Positions 29,888 through 37,681 of a stretch of DNA of 64,000 bases are shown here, piece after piece (the first letter of the stretch is position 1; the number at the start of each line of letters is the position of its first letter). The stretch lies in the NCBI GenBank assembly GCA_963792585.1, contig CAWBWI010000003.1, forward strand, positions 156,084-220,083, given 5' to 3'. The translations under genes were made by a program, and so were the position numbers. The notes below the pieces were generated by a model, which ran no database searches, was not told where the DNA came from, and saw only the letters and a program-made list of their open reading frames with translations. This stretch comes from Candidatus Eiseniibacteriota bacterium (GTDB taxonomy: Bacteria; Eisenbacteria; RBG-16-71-46; CAIMUX01; VGJL01).

Positions 29888-30544
29888 CTACGCGAGGATC
29901 TCGTCGTGGAGCGAAGAGATGATGAGCAGGAGACAACCGTCCTCGGTCGATTGCACGTCGTGGACGCTGTCGCGTTCCACGCGCTGGTAGTCTCCCGCCC
30001 GCATCACGAGATCGTCGCCCACCCGAAGCACTCCTTGGAGGACGAAGCACTCCTCCGCGTCGGCGTGCCGGTGCCGGGGATAGCTGGAGCCGGCCTCCAT
30101 GCGGATCAGCATCGTGACCGTCTGCCGTGCGGTGTCCACGAACAGCCGGCGAACGGCAACACCATCCGTTGCCGTCCGTTCCCAATCTTCTTCGCCTCCG
30201 CGCATGACGACGTTGCCCGCGTCGGTTCCGCCCCCGCCCCACCTCTTCCAGACCTGCAATTCCTCGACCGGGGCCGCGGAACGCGCTTCGGCCCTCGATC
30301 CGATCGATTCCAGCACCCGCACCCGCAATGAGGGAGGAGGCGAAGCGGGGGCCGCCAAGACGCCGAGCTGCGCGGCCGACGCGAGGAACGCATCGACCTC
30401 GGACCTGCAGACCGCGCATCCACCCCGGAGGTGCTCTTCGTAGGCGCGCGCCTCGTCTTCCGGCATCGCCCCGAGCGCATGGAGACAAGCCATCTCACGA
30501 ATGGCGTCCGTCGGCTGTTGGTGCATCATTGTTGGGTCTTCCAC
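29888..30544 (-). CDS. ChrR-like anti-sigma factor (N-terminal zinc-binding anti-sigma domain plus C-terminal cupin)
   Basis: The HLRGGCAVCRSEVD zinc motif follows the ECF sigma gene, and a cupin-like domain closes the protein (GSSYPRHRHADAEECFVLQG). Confidence 0.7.
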   Translation of the reverse strand: MEDPTMMHQQPTDAIREMACLHALGAMPEDEARAYEEHLRGGCAVCRSEVDAFLASAAQLGVLAAPASPPPSLRVRVLESIGSRAEARSAAPVEELQVWKRWGGGGTDAGNVVMRGGEEDWERTATDGVAVRRLFVDTARQTVTMLIRMEAGSSYPRHRHADAEECFVLQGVLRVGDDLVMRAGDYQRVERDSVHDVQSTEDGCLLLIISSLHDEILA

Positions 30545-30565
30545 TTCTTCGCCCTCGATCTCCGC

Positions 30566-31237
30566 TTACGCGTTACCTTGGAGCATCCCGCCCGGAGTCG
30601 TGCCTTCCGGTCCGCGCGGCGTCTTGCCGTTCCAACCGGCCAGCGTCGCTCGAAGGGTGATCATACCCTGTCGGATCCTGGTCTTCACCGTACCCAACGG
30701 TAGGTCCAGCCTCTCGGCGATCTCGGAATGGCTCAACCCCTGGAAGTAGGCGATCGAGATCACCTCTTGTTGTTCCGGAGAGAGCTTCATGAGCGCGGCC
30801 CGAACCACCCTCCGTCGATCCGATAGCGCCAGGTCCTCATCCGGCCCGCCGGCTTCCGAGGCCAACGATCTCGCCGCCTCGAGCGGTGCGTGCAGTTTCC
30901 GGCGCGCCATCCCTGCCGATCGGAGCCGATCGATGGCCCGGCTCCGCGTGAGGGTGAACAACCACGAGAAGACATCTCCCCGCGCTTCCTGGTACCGATC
31001 CGCCTGCCGCCAGACCTGTAGGTACACATCGTGGGACACTTCCTCGGCCGCACCCGGATCCTTGATGATTCGAAGGGCTAGGCCGTACACGAACCGGCTG
31101 GACTCGTCGTACAACTCGGCAAGCGCCCCTTGCTCACCTGACGCAATGCGCCTGATCAGATCTCCCGACGCATGCTTGGACGCGTGAGGGTTGGGTTGTG
31201 TCGTACTCACCAGACTCCGTCCCTGCATACATCCCAT
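30566..31237 (-). CDS. ECF-type RNA polymerase sigma-70 factor (RpoE-like)
   Basis: Sigma-70 region 2 (VYLQVWRQADRY...FSWLFTLTRSRAIDRLR) and region 4 (LSPEQQEVISIAYFQGLSHSEIAERLDLPLGTVKTRI). The true start may be the internal GTG at 31210, which has a GGAG SD. Confidence 0.85.
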   Translation of the reverse strand: MGCMQGRSLVSTTQPNPHASKHASGDLIRRIASGEQGALAELYDESSRFVYGLALRIIKDPGAAEEVSHDVYLQVWRQADRYQEARGDVFSWLFTLTRSRAIDRLRSAGMARRKLHAPLEAARSLASEAGGPDEDLALSDRRRVVRAALMKLSPEQQEVISIAYFQGLSHSEIAERLDLPLGTVKTRIRQGMITLRATLAGWNGKTPRGPEGTTPGGMLQGNA

Positions 31238-31482
31238 ACGAGATGGAAGCCGGCTGCGGATTCGCTTCAGATTCCGATTTCCGCCCGTCGAACAAGGCGC
31301 CGGTCGGCAGGACAGGAGATTCTACATCAATCGACGCATCACGACCACTGAATTACCGTACGCGATTCCAAGGTGGGTCAATCCGATTCCGGCACTTCCC
31401 TCGTAGACGGGGTGAATCCGGAGCCGGCCGCCAATCGAGAATCGAAGCTCATGCATGCAAGCAAGTCAGGAAGGAACCCACA

Positions 31483-33246
31483 ATGCGAAACAAGGCAGTG
31501 ATCATGGGTCTGGCCGTCGCACTCATGACGGGAATCGGCCTCGCCGACGACGCGCGAGCGTCGAGCCACCGGGAAGCCCCGGGGATCGCGACCCGACCCA
31601 ATGCGGACAATACGGACGTCTATTTCTTCGTAAGCCCGACGAATCCTGATGCCGTGACGATGGTCGGTTGCTTCTGGCCGATGGAGGAACCGGCGGGCGC
31701 ACCGAACTTCTTCCACTTCGGGGAGAACATCGACTACGTCTTCCACGTCGACAACGATGGGGACAACCTCGATGACGTCGCCTTCATCTTTCGCTTCCAG
31801 AGGCAGTTCACGAACCCGAACACCGCACTCTACGCGACCGGAGAGATCTCCTCGCTGAACGATCCCGACTGGAACTACAAGCAGACCTACAAGGTGATCC
31901 GGGTCGACGACGGCCAGTACCCGGGCCAGGTGCTCGCCGACGGTCTCATCGTGCCCCCGGTCAACATCGGCCCGCGGACGACGCCGAACTACGAGGATCT
32001 CGCCGAGCAGGCCGTCTATGCCCTGAACGACGGGACCAAGGTGTTCGCGGGACAGAGAGACGATCCGTTCTTCGTGGACCTCGGGGCGATCTTCGACCTG
32101 CTCGCCTTCCGTCAGATCCCCGGGAACACGGGCCAAGGCGTTGACGGCGTGGGCGGCTACAACTGCCAGGCGATCGAGCTCGAAGTGCCGATCGCGCTCC
32201 TGACGCGGGACGGGTCGAATCCCGAGAGCCCGGCCGATCCCGCCGCCGTTCTGGGCGTATGGTCCTCGACCTACCTCCGTCAGAACGATTCACCAAGCGT
32301 CAATTCGCTCACCCAGGTGTCGAGGCTCGGAATGCCGCTCGTAAACGAGGTCGTCATTCCGATCGCGCGCAAGGACGTCTGGAACGCCTCCCGGCCTCAG
32401 GACGACGGTCAGTTCCTGAGCTACGTCACGGACCCGGAGCTCGCGCGCCTGATCCAGGCGGTGTATGGAATTCCCGCGCCTCCGACGCCCCGCTGTGATC
32501 TCGTGGCGATCTTTCTCACGGGCGTGCCGGGATTGAATCAGCCGCCCAATGTGGTCCCCGGCGAGCAGCTCCGGCTCAATGTCGCGATCAAGCCCGACGG
32601 CATGCCCGATTCGCGCTTCGGTCTTCTCGGCGGTGACGTCGACGGCTTCCCCAACGGCCGCCGTCTCGCCGACGACGTGGTCGACATTGCGGAGCGGGTG
32701 GTGGAAGGCGTCGCGTATCCCTTGCTCTGCGACGCGAACTACGAACCGCACCCGCTGGCGGGACAGCTTGGCGATGGGATCGATCAGAACGACATGCCCT
32801 TTCTCGATCACTTCCCGTATCTCGCCACGCCCCATGAGGGATGGCAGCACGAGCACCACCGGGTCGAGCCGCCCCACGACCCGCAGCGCACCCAGGGGAA
32901 ACTGTCGCTGAGCCCGAACGGCCAGGCGATTCAGGTCGGCGGGCCTTCGGAGACCGAGGGACTCGCAGCGCGCTTCCAGCTCGGCGCTTCCTGGCCGAAT
33001 CCGGCCAAGGGTCCCACGCAAATCGGCTTTCAACTCGACAGGGAATCCCCGGTGACGCTGAAGGTCGTCGATATTTCCGGACGGGTCGTACGGACGGTTG
33101 CGTCCGGATCGATGCCAGCGGGTCCCCACTCCGCCGAGTGGGACGGAACTGACGAGAACGGCAATGCCGTCCCGGCGGGCATCTATCTCTACCGGTTGGA
33201 GGCTCCCGGCCAGCGGGCTGACAGGAAGATCACCGTCCTTCACTAG
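31483..33246 (+). CDS. DUF4331-family secreted protein with a T9SS-type C-terminal sorting domain
   Basis: AGGAAGGAA SD, then MRNKAVIMGLAVALMTGIGLADDARA signal, then a mature N-terminus SSHREAPGIATRPNADNTDVYFF that is a characteristic DUF4331 start. The C-terminus ...WPNPAKGPTQIGFQL...GIYLYRLEAPGQRADRKITVLH is CTD-like. The 682-aa track ORF includes an upstream in-frame non-coding extension. Confidence 0.65.
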   Translation: MRNKAVIMGLAVALMTGIGLADDARASSHREAPGIATRPNADNTDVYFFVSPTNPDAVTMVGCFWPMEEPAGAPNFFHFGENIDYVFHVDNDGDNLDDVAFIFRFQRQFTNPNTALYATGEISSLNDPDWNYKQTYKVIRVDDGQYPGQVLADGLIVPPVNIGPRTTPNYEDLAEQAVYALNDGTKVFAGQRDDPFFVDLGAIFDLLAFRQIPGNTGQGVDGVGGYNCQAIELEVPIALLTRDGSNPESPADPAAVLGVWSSTYLRQNDSPSVNSLTQVSRLGMPLVNEVVIPIARKDVWNASRPQDDGQFLSYVTDPELARLIQAVYGIPAPPTPRCDLVAIFLTGVPGLNQPPNVVPGEQLRLNVAIKPDGMPDSRFGLLGGDVDGFPNGRRLADDVVDIAERVVEGVAYPLLCDANYEPHPLAGQLGDGIDQNDMPFLDHFPYLATPHEGWQHEHHRVEPPHDPQRTQGKLSLSPNGQAIQVGGPSETEGLAARFQLGASWPNPAKGPTQIGFQLDRESPVTLKVVDISGRVVRTVASGSMPAGPHSAEWDGTDENGNAVPAGIYLYRLEAPGQRADRKITVLH

Positions 33247-33333
33247 GGGATCTTCCGCAGCGACGTTCGATCCACCTCGAATGAACGGCCGGGTCGCCAA
33301 CCGACGACCTGGCCGTTCCGGAGCCACGACGCG

Positions 33334-34236
33334 ATGAATCGTTGCCAGTTTCACAGCCGTGCTACGGGCCTCTTGACCCTGGCCGTGTGCGTTCTTTCGG
33401 GGATTGGCATCGTCGTTCCGAAGAGGGCCCTCTCCCACGAATTCTGGCTTTCGCCGTCTGTGTATCGCGCCTCCGCCGGTCTTTCGGTGGAGATCCAAGC
33501 CTGCGTGGGAACCGGATTCCGGGGCGAGACGCTGCCCTACTCACCCGCGAGGACGGTCCGATTCGAGGTCTTCTCCCCCGAGAAGCGCGACCTTCTGGTC
33601 TCCGCGGTCAACGGCGATCCGTCCTATGCGCGTGTCGTACTGCCCGACTCGGTGGGGGCCATCGTCACCTACTTGTCGAATTTCACACAGATCGAACTCC
33701 CGGCGGATGAATTCGATCACTACCTTGCCCTCGAGGGACTCGATGACCCTCTGGCCGCGCGGAAGATGTCTGCGGCTCCATCCCCCGGCCGCGAACGCTA
33801 CCGCAGATGTGCGAAATGCTGGATCTCCGGCGGCGATGCGTCCATCGCGACTCGAGCGTACGGTTTGCCCTTCGAGATCGTTCCCCTGAGTGATCCGTCC
33901 GTGCCGGCGGCCGGCCTTACCGTTCGTGTCCTCCGGGAGGGGCGTCCAAGCGCGGGAACGCTGGTGCGGGGGTGGCGCCAGCCTCTCGATCGGGAATTTT
34001 CTCTCCTCGATCCGAGTCTGCGGGACTCGATCGGCCCCGCGACCGAATCGCGAAGCGATCGTGATGGAATCGCGCATCTGCGAGTCGACCGGGCGGGCGA
34101 GTGGCTGTTGAGTGCGGTCCACATGACTTCCGCTCGCCGATCCCGATCCCTCGCCGGCGACGAGAACCCGCCGGACGCGGACTGGGAGAGCTCATGGGCC
34201 TCCCTCACCTTTCTTCGAAGGCAGGAGGATCCGTGA
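33334..34236 (+). CDS. DUF4198-like periplasmic protein (associated with nickel/cobalt uptake)
   Basis: A signal peptide is followed by the HEFWL motif typical of DUF4198. The stop overlaps the GTG start of the HupE/UreJ gene. Confidence 0.5.
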   Translation: MNRCQFHSRATGLLTLAVCVLSGIGIVVPKRALSHEFWLSPSVYRASAGLSVEIQACVGTGFRGETLPYSPARTVRFEVFSPEKRDLLVSAVNGDPSYARVVLPDSVGAIVTYLSNFTQIELPADEFDHYLALEGLDDPLAARKMSAAPSPGRERYRRCAKCWISGGDASIATRAYGLPFEIVPLSDPSVPAAGLTVRVLREGRPSAGTLVRGWRQPLDREFSLLDPSLRDSIGPATESRSDRDGIAHLRVDRAGEWLLSAVHMTSARRSRSLAGDENPPDADWESSWASLTFLRRQEDP

Positions 34237-35315
34237 GACTCGACTCTGTCGTCCTGGTGATCGGTCTCGCGGCCGCAGCGCTCGGCATGGACCCGCGGGC
34301 GGCTCATGCCCACACGCAACCGTACAGCTACGTAGATCTGCGACTTGGAACGGATGCGCTCTCGGGTTCGGTCACGGCGCATGTGGTGGACATCGCTCAC
34401 GAGACCGGCACATCGAATCCTGAGGATCTTCTCGACGCTGAGACCCTCGCATCAGCTCGGAGGACGATCGAAACGGCCCTCGCCCGGGGGCTCACCGTCT
34501 CCGCCGACGGGAAGGGGTTGTCTATTGAGTGGGATGGGATCCCCGAAATCCACCGCGCCAAGCAGACCGTCACGTTTCGCTGGTCAACGCATTGGCAGCA
34601 CAAACCCGGCCGCCTCGAGGTGCGCTGTCGGCTTTTTCCGTACGATCCGCAGCACGAAACCTATTTGAATATCTACGAGGCCGGTGCTCTGAAACATCAG
34701 GAGCTATTCCGGGGAGCCCATCTTGGGTCGACCTACTTCCCCGGAGGTGCTCGAGGACATTGGGCGATCCTTCGAGCGTTCGTGGGCTCCGGAGTCCATC
34801 ACATCTTTCTCGGTCCGGATCACATCCTCTTCCTTCTGGGACTCCTCCTCTTGGGGGGCAGCTTCCGGCGCCTCCTGAAAATCGTGACCTGCTTCACCAT
34901 CGCACACAGTGTGACGCTCGCCCTGGCGACCCTGCGCATTTTGAATCCACCATCCAGCATCGTCGAGCCGGCGATTGCCGCCAGTATCATCGCAATCGGT
35001 GCGGAAAATCTCACGGCCTCGCGGATCGGACGGGATCGACGCGCGTGGCTCGCGTTCCTGTTCGGTTTCGTCCACGGTTTCGGATTCGCAAGCGTCCTTC
35101 GGGAATTCGGTCTCCCCAGGAATGCGCTGGCCGAGTCTCTGCTCGCGTTCAATGTCGGCGTCGAGATCGGTCAGGCCACGATCCTCATGAGCCTGGCCGT
35201 GCCGCTGGCCCTGCTTCGAACGCGGAGCCCGAAATTCGGCAGGATTGCGCTGACGTTCGGATCGGTCGCGGTGATCCTGGCGGGGGGCTACTGGTTGATC
35301 GAACGCACTCTCTGA
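34233..35315 (+). CDS. HupE/UreJ-family membrane protein (putative Ni/Co transporter)
   Basis: GTG start 4 nt after a perfect AGGAGG. HHIFLGPDHILFLLGL is the HupE/UreJ HxxxGxDH signature, and several TM helices follow. The 404-aa track ORF is an N-terminally extended artifact. Confidence 0.7.
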   Translation: MRLDSVVLVIGLAAAALGMDPRAAHAHTQPYSYVDLRLGTDALSGSVTAHVVDIAHETGTSNPEDLLDAETLASARRTIETALARGLTVSADGKGLSIEWDGIPEIHRAKQTVTFRWSTHWQHKPGRLEVRCRLFPYDPQHETYLNIYEAGALKHQELFRGAHLGSTYFPGGARGHWAILRAFVGSGVHHIFLGPDHILFLLGLLLLGGSFRRLLKIVTCFTIAHSVTLALATLRILNPPSSIVEPAIAASIIAIGAENLTASRIGRDRRAWLAFLFGFVHGFGFASVLREFGLPRNALAESLLAFNVGVEIGQATILMSLAVPLALLRTRSPKFGRIALTFGSVAVILAGGYWLIERTL

Positions 35316-35463
35316 CGGACGCACCTTTCTCGACGAAGAATATGGAATAGACATCGATATACAGATTGCCCGGGCTTCTCTTAGGATTCTCCGTTCTTCG
35401 ATCGCACCGATCATCCGAGTCGTTCCGCGATCGGTCGGACCATAGACATCCGAATAACAGGAA

Positions 35464-37599
35464 ATGGGAGTACCTAGAACCATGCCCGAAGCAAGCAAGG
35501 CTTCCGGCGGGAATGCCCGCATCACCTTGAAAGTCAACCTGCTCGAGTCCAAGGGAGCGGAATCGCTCCCTAATGTGGCCGCCTACGCTTTCACCGCGGG
35601 GGGCCGGCTGCTTGCCCGCACGTCGATCGAGGACGGCGGAGGAGAACTGCCCTTCCGCTCGGCTTCGGAGGCAATGAATGTCCGGGTTCTCGTCGGGCCC
35701 GACGTGGAAGAGAAGGATGTGACGGCTGCGGCCCTGCTCCGTCGCGGCGCAGTGGAACGTCATTTTCGAATCGACCCAAAACAGCTCGTCGGCGATGCGC
35801 GGTTCGAGGTGATTCCCAACGTCTGGCGTTGCTGGATCCGCGGATTCTGCTTCGTCCGTGGCACCTTGCTCAAGCGAGAGGTTCGCGGGGGGATCGCCAT
35901 CGACCTGCCCGTATGTGACGCCAAGGTCGAGATCTACGAGGTCGATCCCATCATCATCTTCAAGTTGCCCGACGACATCATCGAACGGCTCCGCAGGCAC
36001 ATCCTCGAGCCCGTTCCCCCACGGCCGCTTCCCGATCCGCCGCCGTTCATCCAGGCGCCGGACGACCTGATCGGTCCCGTATTCCCGACATTGCCCCCTC
36101 CGCGTACGGCGCTCCGGAGCCTGGAGCCGCCGCCCGTTGCGGAGGGTCTGCGCAACGCCGCGCTCGCGGGTGGCAATCTCGACTTCCGCAATCAGTTGCT
36201 CCTACACGTCGACTTCGTCCGGAACTTCCTCTGCCGATTCTATCCCTGGCTCGTGCGGAAGGATCTGATCTCGACCGTCCAGACGGACGACTGCGGCCAT
36301 TTCCAAGCGTTCGTCTTCCTTGGTTGCTTCAACCGCGACAAACCCGACCTCTACTTCAGGGCCACGCAGCGGTTCTTCTGGTTCGATTTGCCGATCTACG
36401 AGCCGACGCCGGTCCGCTGCCACACGTTCTGGGACTATCAGTGCGGCACCGAGGTGACCCTCTATACGACGAGCCCTCTCGCGCGAACCTGCCCGCCTTG
36501 CCCGCCGGTGAATGCCCCGGACAACTGGGTTCTCGTGATGGCGATTGGGAACTTCCCCTTGAGCAAGATCCGCGGAACGGGGGTGACACTCCAGGCGACC
36601 ACGAACGCCGACAACCTGGGACTTACCGACGCCGATGGACCCTGGGGAGGACTCTTGCGTCCACGCATCGAGTTCGACAACTCGCTACGGGACAGCCTGG
36701 GCGTCAAGTACTACCAGGTGTCGATCCGCAAAGGCACGTCGGGCAACTTCACGATCCTCACCGGGGACGTCACGCGTCATTTCATCCATGATGTCAACGG
36801 CCAGCCGGTGATCACCCCGTATCCATTGGGTCCGCAAACGGTCAACAACGTCGCCAACCTCTTCGAGATTCCTCCGGGCCTGCCGCCCGAGGGACAGTGG
36901 AGCTTGCCGGACATCGTTGAGGATACGACGAGCGCGAAGTTCCCTAGCGTCGCTCTCGCGCCGGCCGACCAGCATGGCAAGTATCAGGTCAAGGTGGAGC
37001 TCTTCGACCTCAACGGTGCGGCGGTGAATCTCGCAGCGAAGGGAATCAAGTTCGTCGTCCCTACCTCCACCGATCTGAGCGGCACGATCGATACGGCGGA
37101 AGCGGGCACTCTCGGCCTGATCGACGGGAACGCCTTCGTCATGACGCTGCACATCGACAACAACCCATGCAGCCCTGCCGTTATCGACGCGCCCGAGCTG
37201 AATGGGAACGCCGCGAGCGACAACTGCGGCGTGTTGACCTACAACCCCAACGCCCCGGGATCGGTCACATTCGGGTGGACCGCCTCGCATCCAAACGGGC
37301 TGGCCGGAAACGGCTTCGCGACCTACAGCTTCGTCATCTACAGGGGGGTGAATCCGCTCTTCGTTCCCCCCGGCTCTCCTACGCTTCCGTCATCCGGCAT
37401 CGCGAAGATCGGTGCGGCGGCTTTCTCGGACACCCAGACGGTCAGCGACCTCCTGGGCGGCTGCACGATTGCCGGCTTCTCGGAGAACCTCTACGTTGCG
37501 GCGATGGCGATCGACGGACTGCGTCGTCTTACGGAGTACGACACCTCGGCGGTGCGCGCTTTCGTTCTCGCGCCGCCCCAGCCTCAACTGAATCCATAG
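35464..37599 (+). CDS. Large hypothetical protein (711 aa) with no recognisable domain and no obvious signal peptide
   Basis: Long uninterrupted ORF with non-Arg-biased composition. It has a Pro-rich linker (PVPPRPLPDPPPF...PTLPPPRT) and Cys-rich stretches (CWIRGFCF, CPPCPP). The real start may be the ATG at 35482. Confidence 0.5.
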   Translation: MGVPRTMPEASKASGGNARITLKVNLLESKGAESLPNVAAYAFTAGGRLLARTSIEDGGGELPFRSASEAMNVRVLVGPDVEEKDVTAAALLRRGAVERHFRIDPKQLVGDARFEVIPNVWRCWIRGFCFVRGTLLKREVRGGIAIDLPVCDAKVEIYEVDPIIIFKLPDDIIERLRRHILEPVPPRPLPDPPPFIQAPDDLIGPVFPTLPPPRTALRSLEPPPVAEGLRNAALAGGNLDFRNQLLLHVDFVRNFLCRFYPWLVRKDLISTVQTDDCGHFQAFVFLGCFNRDKPDLYFRATQRFFWFDLPIYEPTPVRCHTFWDYQCGTEVTLYTTSPLARTCPPCPPVNAPDNWVLVMAIGNFPLSKIRGTGVTLQATTNADNLGLTDADGPWGGLLRPRIEFDNSLRDSLGVKYYQVSIRKGTSGNFTILTGDVTRHFIHDVNGQPVITPYPLGPQTVNNVANLFEIPPGLPPEGQWSLPDIVEDTTSAKFPSVALAPADQHGKYQVKVELFDLNGAAVNLAAKGIKFVVPTSTDLSGTIDTAEAGTLGLIDGNAFVMTLHIDNNPCSPAVIDAPELNGNAASDNCGVLTYNPNAPGSVTFGWTASHPNGLAGNGFATYSFVIYRGVNPLFVPPGSPTLPSSGIAKIGAAAFSDTQTVSDLLGGCTIAGFSENLYVAAMAIDGLRRLTEYDTSAVRAFVLAPPQPQLNP

Positions 37600-37681
37600 C
37601 GCACGGGCCCCTGCCCAAAGACTTCGCCACCGCCGGCGGCCGATCGGGCCGCCGGCGGTGGCGTTGCTTGGTGGATCCTGG

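Noticed and set aside
31198-31482. N-terminal 95-aa extension of the 682-aa ORF
   Set aside because: Upstream in-frame read-through. The strong SD (AGGAAGGAA) and signal peptide mark 31483 as the true start.
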